Positions 47,618 through 60,175 of a stretch of 64,000 nucleotides of DNA are shown here, in pieces. Origin of the DNA: Eledone cirrhosa (taxonomy: Eukaryota); the NCBI GenBank assembly GCA_964016885.1, contig OZ024761.1, positions 25,110,001 through 25,174,000 of the forward strand, given 5' to 3'. The number at the start of each line of letters is the position of its first letter. Position 1 is the stretch's first letter. Made by a program: the position numbers and the translations under genes. The notes below the pieces were generated by a model. That model was not told the DNA's origin, did not search any database, and saw only the letters and a list, made by a program, of their open reading frames with translations.

Positions 47618-48070
47618 TGATGGTAACGGTTGTTGGAGGTGGAGATGGTGGTGTTGGTGGAGGTGGTGGTGGAGGTGGTGTTGGTGCTGGCGGTGAAGGT
47701 GGTGGTGGTACGGTGGAGGTGGTGGTGGTACGGTTGTGGTGGAGGTGGTGGTTGTGGTGGTTCGGTGGTGGAGGTGGTGGTGGTGGTGGTGCTGGCGGCG
47801 GAGGTGGTGGTGGTGGTACGGTGGAGGTGGTGGTTGTGGTGGTTCGGTGGTGGAGGTGGTGGTGGTGGTGGTGCTGGCGGCGGAGGTGGTGGTGCTGGTA
47901 TGGCGGTGGTGGAGGTGGTGGTGGTGATGATACGCTGGTGGAGGTGGTGTTGGCGGTGGTGCTGGTGCTGGTGGTGGTGACGGTGCTGGTGGAGATAGTG
48001 GTGACGGTGGTGGAGGTGTTGACGGTGGTGGTGGTGGTGGAGGCGGTGGTTTTTGTGGCGGTGGTGATGT
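47618..48070 (+). repeat. (GGT)n-rich repeat
   Basis: Direct inspection. Confidence 0.9.
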
Positions 48071-48233
48071 TTGAATCTTTAACGACGTGGTTGTTGCATG
48101 GGGCTGGTGGAGGTAAATGTATGTTTAGAGTGAGAGTGAGGTGAAGGATGAAAGAGAATAAAACAACGATGGAAGGGTAGGATAGTGGAGAGCAAGGTTA
48201 ACTAAATTGACTGAGATTAGGAAAGATAGAGAT

Positions 48234-48264
<31 letters not shown>

Positions 48265-48575
48265 TAGAGATAGGGAGATAGAGAGAGAGAGAGATAGAGA
48301 GAAAGGGAGAGAGAGAGATAGAGAGAAAGGGAGAGAGTGAGATAAACGTGTTGGTGGGTGTTTGAATACATTCCATTTAGGAAAGGCGGCGATTGTGTGA
48401 TGGATGAGACTAGAATAACTAACATGTGATAGATTGGTGGACGTAAACATATACAGCAATCGATATATATATATATATATATATATACATGCAAAAGTTC
48501 TATTTAAAATTGTTGGGATACAACAAGTAAATATTTTATGACTGATATAAAGCACTCGACAAGTTTTTGGAGTAG

Positions 48576-48856
48576 ATATACGATATTAAATAAATGGAAA
48601 CTATATTTATAAAACCATATTTATTTCATTATACATATTTCAGGGATACCAAATTATCCAGACAGCTTCCAAACTATCCCGACAGCTTCCAAAAATAATG
48701 GTTGCATCTAATAGGGTACGTCAAAATTATTTATAAAACTGTTTATATATTGTATTTTGTCTGATGAAGGCAACCATATTTTAATTTGGTATCCCTGAAA
48801 TATGTATAATGAAATAAATATGGTTTTATAAAAATAATTTCCATTTATTTAATATC

Positions 48857-48862
<6 letters not shown>
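48576..48862 (+). mobile_element. family A hairpin element (~80-bp inverted arms)
   Basis: 48576-48656 is the reverse complement of 48782-48862; ends in (TA)n. Confidence 0.75.
48753..48816 (+). ncRNA. type I hammerhead ribozyme, family A
   Basis: TATTTTGT-CTGATGA-AGG..ACCA..TGGT..CCT-GAAA-T-ATGT-A-TA^ATGAAATA. Confidence 0.72.
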
Positions 48863-48953
<91 letters not shown>

Positions 48954-48954
48954 A

Positions 48955-49104
48955 AGGTGCTTGGCTTAATGGTTAGAGCATTGGACTTGCAAACTGAAGA
49001 TTGTAAGTTCGATTCTCGGACTGGGTGATGCATTGTGTCCTTGAACAAGACACTTTACTTCACGTTGCTCCAGTTTACTCAGCTGTAGAAATGTGTTGCG
49101 ACGT
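48955..49104 (+). mobile_element. tRNA-derived CORE-type SINE (5' part)
   Basis: TGGCTTAATGG A box, GTTCGATTC B box, CORE-like segment. Confidence 0.78.
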
Positions 49105-49133
49105 GGACAACTGGTGGACAACCTCATACAGAG

Positions 49134-49167
<34 letters not shown>

Positions 49168-49303
49168 GTGTATATAGGGTGTAGATGATGTATATATATA
49201 TGTTGTGATATCACTGGTGCCAAGCTGTTTCGGTCATTGCCCTTTACTTTGGACATCATCATATATAGTGTATATAGAGAGTTTATATAGTGTGTATATA
49301 ACG

Positions 49304-49335
<32 letters not shown>

Positions 49336-49349
49336 AATAATATATTAAT

Positions 49350-49455
49350 TGTTTCTACTTTAGGCACAAGGCCAGCAATTACCCAGTACATTACTGGTAC
49401 TTTATTTTATCGACCCCGTAAGGATGAAAGGCAAAGTTAACCTCGGCGGGATTTG
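49350..49455 (-). mobile_element. 5'-truncated tRNA-SINE with 12-bp TSD
   Basis: TSD TAATATATTAAT at 49338-49349 and 49457-49468. Confidence 0.88.
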
Positions 49456-49498
49456 TTAATATATTAATAAATGGAAACTATATTTATAAAACCATATT

Positions 49499-49564
49499 TA
49501 TTTTATTATACATATTTCAAGGGCCACCAATGCAAGTTATGGTGCGCTTTCATCAGATAAAATA
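49499..49564 (-). ncRNA. type I hammerhead ribozyme, family A
   Basis: Minus strand: TATTTTAT-CTGATGA-AAGCGCACCA..TGGTGGCCCTT-GAAA-T-ATGT-A-TA^ATAAAATA; perfect 8-bp stem I. Confidence 0.75.
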
Positions 49565-49664
49565 CAGATTTGTTTCATAAATAAATATTGACATACCCGG
49601 AAAAAAAAGACAACCTTAACGGTTGGAGCTTCCTGGATAGAGGAGATATTACATTTATTATTTA

Positions 49665-49718
<54 letters not shown>

Positions 49719-49725
49719 CATATAT

Positions 49726-49883
49726 ATAGGAACGAGTAGGACCCCGACGGCTGAATTAGCCGTCGAAACGGCTTGAGCTCTGCCGTCGAGGTCCTACTCG
49801 TTCCTATTACCCACTCTACTACCCTAAGTATTGAGTAATTTGGTGCGTTATGCTCCACCTGGTTCCTTACCATATTTCCTTCG

Positions 49884-49884
<1 letters not shown>
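49726..49884 (+). mobile_element. family F hairpin element (hammerhead lacking CUGANGA)
   Basis: Hairpin GACGGCTGAATTAGCCGTC, then GAAA, ACGGC/GCCGT stem III and GTC^; inverted 5' copy; 3' tail. Confidence 0.62.
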
Positions 49885-49934
<50 letters not shown>

Positions 49935-50016
49935 TATGTGTGTGTGTTGTGACGTCACTGGTGCCCAGCTATATCTTCCTAAGCCGAAATACGATTCTCG
50001 CTAATTTATATTTATA

Positions 50017-50071
<55 letters not shown>

Positions 50072-50189
50072 CAGTGGAGTAGGTATTTAACATATTAGGA
50101 AATGTGTCCTCAATGCATTTGTGTTGAGTGTAGATTTTATTTACTGTAGGATGAGAAATGTAACAATCATATCGACGTTTCAGCGATTA

Positions 50190-50548
50190 CGTGTTTTTGC
50201 AGTAGGCAGAAGAACGATTGATTTAAACTTCGAGTCTTTGACTCCTTTTTCTAGAATATGATGACAGGCAAAGCTAACAACCATGGGCTTTAAACTCAGG
50301 GCGTAAAGAGCCGTCACTCTATGACACAAAACTAGTCTGACGCTCTACCAATAGTACCAATCCACCAGCCTTATATTTTGAATAATAATTGTTCCTACTT
50401 TTGGCAAAAGGCCATTTCTTATACTGGTACTTTATTTTATCAAACACGTAAGGATGAAAGGCAAAGTTAACCTCGGTGGGATTTGAACTCAGAATCACAA
50501 GGGCCGTAATTCTATGCGTTAAAGCATGGTGTCCGACCCTCTACCGAT
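50190..50548 (-). mobile_element. two tRNA-SINEs (one old, one younger)
   Basis: Reverse-strand SINE motifs at ~50260-50368 and 50385-50548. Confidence 0.75.
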
Positions 50549-50589
50549 TGAAATCAGGATATACCTAGAGTGAAATTAGCGAAAAACTA

Positions 50590-50950
50590 AACCAACCATA
50601 ACAATAGCCTTAACAACAGTAACGATAACCATAACGACAGCTATAGCAACAGCAGTAATAGCAACAGTAATACCAACCATAACAACGACATTAACAACAG
50701 TAAAACAGCCATGACAACAACAGTAACAACAACCTCAACAACAGCAGTAACAACAAAACATTAACAACAAAAGTAACATCAAGAGTAACAATAACAACAA
50801 TAACACCAACATAACAACAACAGTCACAACAACTATTATAACTGCAGTAACAACAAGAATAACAACAAAACTAACAACAACTATTACAACTACAGTAACA
50901 ACAACAATAACAACAACAGAAGTAACGAGAACACTCAAGAATAATAATGT
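50590..50950 (+). repeat. (AAC)n-rich degenerate repeat
   Basis: Direct inspection. Confidence 0.85.
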
Positions 50951-52631
50951 GAAAGCAACCAGAAAATAAATCAAAATGGCAACTAAACAAGTATCAAAGG
51001 ATGAAATACATATAAAACACTAACAAGGTATAATATGGCGGGAAAGTTAAAGAGATCAGATTAGATTACGATAGAGAAATTTATAGGGAGATATATGAGA
51101 GGAGTAGGGCTGGAGATGTAAATAGGGAGGGGGGTACAATGAAGATGGGGTGATAGAGAGGGAAGAAATAAATAGGAAAGGGAGCAAGAGAGGGGTAGCA
51201 ATGAAGAGAGGTGGGGCAGAAATTGAGTGGGAAGCATTGAAAAGAGGGGGTAATAATAAGGGTGGAAATCAAGGGACGGGGGAGAGAGTAGAATTTAGAA
51301 GAAATATGATTAAGATAGGGGTAAATTATAAAAGAACACAAACAGAAAGTGGGGGAGAGTGAAAGTGAGATTGCTATATAGATACAGAGAGAGAGTTATG
51401 TGAAAGAGAGAAAGCTGGAGAGAGAGTGTGGGGGAGTGGGATAGAATGGGGTAGGAGTGGGATAGAGCGGGTGGGAGTGAGGGGGTGAGGGGGTAATGTA
51501 GAGTGAGGAGGAGTAAGAGAGAGTGAGGAGGAGTAAGAGAGAGTGAGGTGGAGTAAGAGAGAGTGAGGCCGAGAGAGGGCGAGTGAGAGAGGGCGAGAGC
51601 GGGCGCTTGAGATGGAGCGAGAGAAGGGGAGTAATAGAGAGAAATAGAAAGAGATATATAGAGATAGACACGTGGACACGGTGAGAGAGGGGGAATCATA
51701 GAGAGAATGGAAAAAAAATAATCTAAAAGTTGAAAGGAACATTTTTTGAAGAAATTTTCAAGAAATTTTGATATGAAAGGACTGAAAATCAAGAAGAATA
51801 TGGAAGATGAAGGAAGAGAAGATATAAGAGGCGAAGGGGAAATATTTAACGAAAAAATAAACAAGGAATCTGTAAAAAAAACATGGCGGAGGAATCGTTT
51901 TTGAAGCAGGCTCGAATACTAAAACATCTAAATCAACAACAACAGCAACCACAAACCAACAACAACAATAAAGACAGTGAACTGTGTAGCTTTCAACAAC
52001 AACCACAACAGCAATAACAACACATACCAACAATAAAGACAGTGAACTGTGTAGCTTAACCCACAGTAGAAAAATAAATTAAAGAAAAAGAAAAAAAACG
52101 AAGCAAGGACAAGGAAGAGAAAATTGTGGAAGTTCAAAATTCAAAATGAATTTATAAAGTTAAATTGATGAGGAAAAATATTGAATAATAATATTTATAA
52201 GAAGAAGAAGAAGAAAAAGAAGAAGAAAAAGAAGGCAAAGAAGAAGAAGAAGAAGAAGAAAAAGAAGGCAAAGAAGGCAAAGAAGAAGAATAATAAGAAG
52301 AAAAATAAGGCAAAGAAGAAGAAAAAGAAGGACGCAAACAGAAGTATAAGGACAAAGGAAGAAACGGGGAAGAAATCAAAGAGAGAAACTTATTTCTTTG
52401 AAGCCGACCCGAAACTACAACACAGTAGGATTCTAAAGGGGAGAAGATTGAAGGAGGGGGGGTGGGGGGGGGGGGGGTGATTGAAGGAGGGGTGGGGGGA
52501 CGGGAGTTGATACTGTAGATGAGAAATTGGAAGGAAGGGATCGACCAACTAAAAGGTAAATGAAGGAGAAATTAGGAATGAGATGTTACATCTAAAATGA
52601 AACGGGAGAAGATAGAAGAGATAGAAATATA

Positions 52632-52790
52632 GTGGGGGTAGACTTAGGATGTGTGGGGTGGGTGGGGGTAGACCTAGGATGTGTGGGGTGGGTGGGGGTA
52701 GACCTAGGATGTGTGGGTGGGGTGGGGGTAGACCTAGGATGTGTGGGGTGGGTGGGGGTAGACCTAGGATGTGTGGGTGGGGTGGGGGTA
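52632..52790 (+). repeat. 30-bp G-rich minisatellite, ~5 copies
   Basis: Unit GTGGGGGTAGACCTAGGATGTGTGGGGTGG. Confidence 0.92.
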
Positions 52791-52822
52791 TTAAGAGATG
52801 TTTATAGGTTGAAACAAAAATA

Positions 52823-52883
<61 letters not shown>

Positions 52884-53483
52884 TGTCGTAGTGGTGGTGG
52901 TGGTGGTGATAGCTGTGCTGTTGGTGATGTTGATGGTGGTATTGGTGGTGATGGTGGTGGTTGTGGGTGGTGGTGGTTGTTGTGGGTGATGGTGGTGGTG
53001 TTGGTGATGTTGATGGTGGTATTGGTAGTGGTGCTGATGGTGATGATGGTGGTGATGTTGATGGTGGTATTGGTAGTGGTTGTGTTGGTGGTGATGGTGG
53101 TGGTGGTGGTGGTGGTGGTGCTCTTGGTGGTGGTGGCGCTCTTAGTTTGTGGTGGTGATAGTTGTGCTGTTGGTGATGGTGATGGTGGTATTGGTAGTGG
53201 TGCTGATGGTGATGGTGGTATTGGTAGTGGTGCTGATGGTGATGATGGTGGTGGTGGTGATGCTAGTACTGATAATAGCGGTGAAGCTGGTGATAGTGGT
53301 GGTGGTGATGGTGGTGCTGTTGGTTTGATAAAATGGATAATAATATAGAATAAAAAGTGGATGGTGTGGTGCGTGTGTTCAGAATGATACGGAAGTTAAA
53401 GAACAAAGAGATAACATTTAGAGATTTACAGACAGATATTTATATATATATATATAAGTGAGAGAGAGCGGGGGGATTGAGAT

Positions 53484-53517
<34 letters not shown>

Positions 53518-53879
53518 GGAAATCGGCAAAAAATAAGAATATTTAAACAGGAAATGTTCAATTAAAGGCGCCGAATCTTCATCTTCTTCTTCGTGTAGTT
53601 TTTATCTATGTTCCAACACTAATGAAGAATCATCATCAAGTCCTTCTTATTCCCTGCCATTTCTCTCTCTATCTAGCTGACTCTCTCTCTCTCTCTCTCT
53701 ACATTTCTCTGTATTTCTATCTAAACCCAAACCTCAAAATTCCGTTTAAATTCCGTGTAGTTTACTTGGCAAAGATTGTTTCTTGTGTGGTTTGTGAAGG
53801 CAACATAACTGCAGAGAAAGAGAGAAAGGGGATGCGCATAGAGTGGTGAGATGGTGAGGGTCGGATAGAGGGAAATACA

Positions 53880-54160
53880 GAGAGAGAGGGGAGAGCCATA
53901 GAGAGTTAGAGAGAGAGAGCGGAGAGCCACAGAGAGTTAGAGAGAGAGCGGAGAGCCATAGAGAGTTAGAGAGAGGGGGGACAGCCATAGAGAGTTAGAG
54001 AGAGAGGGGACAGCCATAGAGAGTTAGAGAGAGGGGGAGAGCCATAGAGAGTTAGAGAGAGAGCAGAGAGCCATAGAGAGTTAGAGAGAGAGGGGAGAGC
54101 CATAGAGAGAGGGGACAGCTATAGAGAGTTAGAGAGAGAGGGGACAGCCATAGAGAGTCG
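53880..54160 (+). repeat. ~30-bp GA-rich minisatellite
   Basis: Unit AGCCATAGAGAGTTAGAGAGAGAGGGG(A/G). Confidence 0.88.
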
Positions 54161-54217
54161 CAGTTGGAGATCTGGGTGAGAGGAAGAGGGAAGTGGGGTA
54201 GAGGTAGCTAAAGCACT

Positions 54218-54740
54218 AATTTTGTCTACTTTAGGCACAAGGCCATCAATTACCCCAATGTATTACTGGTACTTTAATTTATCGACCTCGTAAGGATGAA
54301 AGGCAAATTTAACCTCGGCGGGATTTGAACTCAGATCATAAAGGGCCGTAACTCTATGCTGCAAAGCATGGCATCTCTACTGATAACCCCAATCCACCGC
54401 TCTATTATTGCTAGAGCAATAATAATAATTGTTTCTACTTAGGGACAAGGCCAGCAATTTGAAGGGAAGGGGAAAATCAATTAAACCGACACCAGTGCAT
54501 TACTGGTGCTTCATATTATCGACCCCTTAAAAATGACAAGCAAAGATAACCTCGGCGAGATTTGAACGCTGAAGTTAAAGGGCTGTAACTATGTCGGTAA
54601 GCATGTTGTCCGACGTTCTATCGATTCTGCCAATAATAAGTGTTTCTACTTTAGGCACAAGGCCAGCAATTACCCAGTGCATCACTGGTACTTCACTTTA
54701 TCAACCCCGTAAGGATGAAAGGCAAAGTCAACCTCGGCGG
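54218..54740 (-). mobile_element. three head-to-tail tRNA-SINEs
   Basis: Reverse-strand SINE bodies starting near 54218, 54425, 54640. Confidence 0.88.
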
Positions 54741-55410
54741 AAATAATCTACAGTTAGAAATGACAGACATTAGGATGACTTTAAGTCGAACACGAGTTAA
54801 AATATAAATATATACCGTACTCACTACACAAGGTAGAGTAACATTGAATAGTCAAGTGTCTTTTGTGGTTATGAAAGCGGAAAAGGATGGGAAAGACAAG
54901 GGCTTTATTGTCACAGAAGACTGACGAGGTGGAGGGGAGTGTGAGTATTCCGCGCCTAGGGCGCAGCGGTATTAAGGCTGCTCCCCGCGGATAAGACCTC
55001 GAAAGCATTCCAGCGGAGATTCTTATGAGGCTGCATCTCATAGGAGGTTTGTTAGATGTTCAATGATAGAAGGAACGAGCCCAAGGTGTGTCAGGAAATA
55101 CCACCTGAAACAATATGCCGTGTGGTCTAGGAACCGAAATCTAGACCTTAATGTTGTCGTCCGCCTATCTCACCACTAAGCTAGGAGCTATGTATTAATC
55201 CATGATCGAGGAACCAACACAATAGCCAATTAGATTGTACAGAAGCTAATTTTCCTTTCTCCAACATTCTACGACGCCTTACCTTTCCCCCTATTTACGT
55301 GATTCTCACTCTCTCTCTCTCTATCTATCTCTCTCTCTCTCACACACCTTCTCCATTTCTAGGTGTCTCTCTATACCTATTGTAACATGAACAGCCTGTT
55401 TCAACCCTTT

Positions 55411-55808
55411 TTATTAATAACTTCATTCTTTCTATCCAGGGACTATGTTGAAAAATAAACCCCATTTGGTGGTTCCCTGAAAGTATCTTGGTCAGCCTAC
55501 GAACTTTTCAGCCTATTTGAATTCTTCTACAAGAAAAATCACGCCACCAACAACAATAACAACAAATACAACAACAAAGCACAATAAATAATCTAAATGT
55601 GGCCATTTTTACACACGAGAATCAGCTGAATAGTCACGGGGTGACTATAAAGGGATGATGCTAACGCTATGACATATTACAGGAATTAATTTAAATTCTT
55701 CTTATTAATAACTGCAGTAATTCTTTCTAGAAACTATGTTAAAAAATAAACCTCATTTAGTCATTCCACGACAGTATCTTGGTCAGTCTATGAAGGTTTC
55801 AGCATATA
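55411..55808 (+). repeat. diverged ~105-bp direct repeat (~290 bp spacing)
   Basis: 55411-55516 versus 55702-55808 share ACTATGTT.AAAAATAAACC.CATTT and AGTATCTTGGTCAG. Confidence 0.7.
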
Positions 55809-56507
55809 AATATTTCAGTCTATGATTTTTTTACGTAAACATTTTACACACACCTATATATGTAAATACCAATATAGAGTGCATATTTTACACATTAATA
55901 CACGAGTTATATTGATTGAACAACGAACAGAGCATCGTCGAAAGCTACGAAGGATCCATTATATTCCTCATCGAAGAAACAAAAAAAATACAAATGGCCG
56001 CTAATTTTTTTTGGCCGCCCATTAGAAGGAGAAGATTAAACGATTTTATCTAAAAACGGTCTGTCTGGACGGTGCTAAAACGTATTCTCCTCTAACCTCT
56101 AGCTTGTGGCTTTGGTTCAACGAGGAGAACAAAATATTATGTTGGTCTTGGCACATTCAAACGGCATAATGTAATATAAAGACTATAAGACTATAAAAAT
56201 ATATTTAGGTGTGTATGTGTAAAGATGTATTTTTTCATCTGAGTAGAGTATGTATGTGTATGCGCACATAGGAGATTTTGTTTCCGTATATGCTTTTATA
56301 TATATGTGTGTGTGTGTGGGGGGGAGAGGTGTATGTATATATATATATATATATATTCATCTATACATGTGTATCAATATATTTACTTCCTACATAAGGA
56401 TAAGATTTGATAAATTCATGCTAACTTACCATACATTATTGTGAGTTTATGTACATGCAGGCACAACATCCATACTTATACACATACATATATGACTGCA
56501 CACACAT

Positions 56508-56575
<68 letters not shown>

Positions 56576-56651
56576 CATACATACACACGAATGGACGACA
56601 TATATAAACTGTTAAGTATTTATTTAATTACATTCATATATATGTACATTC

Positions 56652-56720
<69 letters not shown>

Positions 56721-56758
56721 AGTGTGTATACATATATATATATATATATATACCCATA

Positions 56759-56825
<67 letters not shown>

Positions 56826-56831
56826 GTGTGA

Positions 56832-56869
<38 letters not shown>

Positions 56870-56876
56870 TATACCC

Positions 56877-56922
<46 letters not shown>

Positions 56923-57175
56923 GTACGTATATGTATGTATATATGAGTGTATGTCTGTGTATAGTGCACAATTGAACTCAATAAAAGTGGTGGCTATTTG
57001 CCAATCTCCCTGAGGGCTTTGGAACTGCTGCAAATCTTTCTCTTGTTTTTTTCTATATTTCATTTTCACAATTCAGATTTTTTCCTATTCTTTCTGTGTT
57101 GCTCTTAATCTAACACTTCTTACTCTTTCTACTTATATGTATGTATGTGTGTATGTATATATATATGTATGTGTG

Positions 57176-57208
<33 letters not shown>

Positions 57209-57218
57209 GTGTATGTAT

Positions 57219-57279
<61 letters not shown>

Positions 57280-57478
57280 GATGTATATATATATATACAT
57301 ACATATATATATACATACATACATATATATATATATACATACATACATATATATATACATACATACATATATATATACATACATATATATATACATACAT
57401 ATATATATATACATACATATATATATATACATATATATATACATACATATACATACATACATATACATACATACAGAC

Positions 57479-57515
<37 letters not shown>

Positions 57516-58507
57516 TATATATATATACATACACATATATATATATATATACATACGCACACATATATATATACATACACACACATATATATATATATAC
57601 ACACACATATATATATATATATATACACACACATATATATACATACGCACACATATATATATACATACACACGCATATATAAAGATACACACATATACAT
57701 ATATATAACCATATATACATATATATATATACATACACACATATATATATATATATACTTACATAGATGTATATAATTATATATATATATATATTTATAT
57801 TTATATACATAGATGTGTATATATATATACATACATAGATATATGTATGTATGTATAAATATATATCTATATTTCCGTAGAAGTAATACATACATACTTA
57901 CATCATATACGCACATACTAATGCGTGTCAGTGTATCATCATTGAACGTCCGTTTCCCCCGTTAACTAGTGGAATCTACATGAATTTACACACACATACA
58001 CACACACATATATATTTATATACTTATACATGTATATATATATATATATATAACAAACATATGTATGTATGTGTGTGTGTGTATATATATTATAGCAACA
58101 ACAAAGTAAGCCAATTGGAAAGGTTTTATCTGATATTCCAAAACCGTATTCGTTCTTAATCATATAAAATTAATGAACACCAATAAAAAAAAACCTGAGA
58201 GAGAGAGAGAGAGAGAGCGAGCTAGGGAGAGATAGAGAAGGATGGAGAGGGAGAGAAAGATATGGAAAGGAAAAGAGGAAGAGAGGGGGAGAGGATGAGA
58301 GAGATGAATGGAGAGAGAGATAAATGGAGAGAGAGATGAATGGAGAGAGATGGAGAGAGAGAGAGATGGAGAGGGAGAGAGAGATGGAGAGTGAGAGAGA
58401 GATGGAGAGGGAGAGAGATGGAGAGAGAGAGAAATGGAGAGGGAGAGATGGAGAGTAATTTACCAATAGAGAGAGAGAGATACAAACACATACACCCACA
58501 TCCACAC

Positions 58508-58552
<45 letters not shown>

Positions 58553-58653
58553 GAGTGTGTATGATTGAGAGAGAGAAAGCGTGAGAGTGTATGATTGAGA
58601 GAGAGAAAGCGAGAGTGTGTATGATTGAGAGAGAGAGAGAGAGTGTGTGTATG

Positions 58654-58690
<37 letters not shown>

Positions 58691-59135
58691 ATGCTTGCGG
58701 ATAAACCCCGAGAGCCAGAAGAGTGAGAGGTAGGATGAATATGTGAGAAGGTGGAGACAAGCTACCAAGTAGACGTAGAGAATTATAAGGATCGTTCAAA
58801 AATGCATAAAAATGAAACGAAAAAAAAAAAAAAATGTTTTCGACATTGCCTTTTAACGAAAGGAAGGAAGCGTTTTATTTCCAGTTGAGGAAATCTAAAG
58901 ATTCTTTCGGCCTTGGTTGGGGAATGAATGCGTGTGTGGTGACCATTTATGGATAAATTCGTCATAATTGCCAAGTCTGTATAGCCTCCATAGCAATTTT
59001 CATTGGGAGTTGTCTCTTGCCGCTGTTGTTCCTTATATTTCGTAAACAACATAGTTGTATTATTGCATGTGTAGCTTATGTTGACGTTTTGTTGATCGAA
59101 TTACTGAACGCTCTCTGTGTGTGTGTGTCTCTCTC

Positions 59136-59219
<84 letters not shown>

Positions 59220-59286
59220 GGAGGTGAGTTTTATTGTAGTACAATAAAGCAATGTAGTGTGTTTTGACCTTCATATCATGTCTCCC

Positions 59287-59357
59287 TATTTTATCTGACG
59301 AAAACGCAAATGTTATTGAATGATGATGATTGTTTTTGAAATGCGCATAATAAAATA
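59287..59357 (+). ncRNA. type I hammerhead ribozyme
   Basis: TATTTTAT-CTGACGA-AAACGCAA..TTGTTTTT-GAAA-T-GCGC-A-TA^ATAAAATA; perfect stem I, palindromic TGCGCA. Confidence 0.75.
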
Positions 59358-59387
59358 CATGGAATTCTTTTAACCATCTTTTGATCT

Positions 59388-59418
<31 letters not shown>

Positions 59419-59536
59419 GAAAAAGTAAGATATAAATATATATATATATATATATAGATAGATAGATAGATATGTCCCAAGGCTCTGATACCATCAACAC
59501 TATAAACACAGAGCTGGCATATCTAAGAACTGACTA

Positions 59537-59592
59537 ACTGCTTGATGAGGTCATAACCATTCAATGGCTATCATCGAAATATATATAGCAGT
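59537..59592 (+). ncRNA. type I hammerhead motif, C3U variant
   Basis: ACTGC-TTGATGA-GGTCATAACCATTCAATGGCTATCATC-GAAA-T-ATAT-A-TA^GCAGT. Confidence 0.62.
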
Positions 59593-59654
59593 AAATAAAG
59601 GATTATGAGTTCATGCAATTGTCTTATGTTTCGTCACTATATATATATTTATAT

Positions 59655-59884
59655 ATGGAATTGGAGATATACAAAAGCGTGGAGAACTTAATATTGCTAA
59701 CATAAAGTTATTGGACCATTTTACACAACCAATAATGCACCTTACTATATAACAGCTATATATATATATATATATATATATAGCTGTTATATAGTAAGGT
59801 ACATTATTCGTTGTGTAAAATGGTCCAATAACTTTATGTTAGCAATATTAAGTTCTCCACGCTTTTGTATATCTCCAATTCCAT
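59655..59884. repeat. 230-bp near-perfect palindrome centred on (TA)13
   Basis: ~102-bp arms with 2 mismatches. Confidence 0.93.
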
Positions 59885-59922
59885 TCAAGGGAACAGCTAG
59901 ATGGTGTAAAACGGAGTATAAG

Positions 59923-60138
59923 TATCAAAATGAAAATCCGAAGGGAATATGAGGTAATGAATTCTGCGAGAGAACATCGTTATTTTTTCTCCCTCATATC
60001 AAGAATTTGAAGACAATTCATTTTCACCTTATGAGATCAGTGATAATCGATCATGGCTTCACAATCGATCTATCTCTTATTGAAACATGTGTCGTGATTA
60101 AATGATTGGAATTTTACCTTGCCTTCGGATTTTCATTT

Positions 60139-60143
<5 letters not shown>
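59923..60143 (+). mobile_element. element with 22-bp inverted ends and decayed hammerhead
   Basis: TATCAAAATGAAAATCCGAAGG / CCTTCGGATTTTCATTTTGATA; TCAC-CTTATGA..GAAAC-ATGT-GTC^GTGA at 60024-60097. Confidence 0.55.

Positions 60144-60175
<32 letters not shown>

Noticed and set aside
48576-48862. DNA-transposon MITE interpretation of the inverted arms
   Set aside because: Other copies (2542, 49499) lack the left arm, so it is not a fixed TIR; disfavoured but not fully excluded
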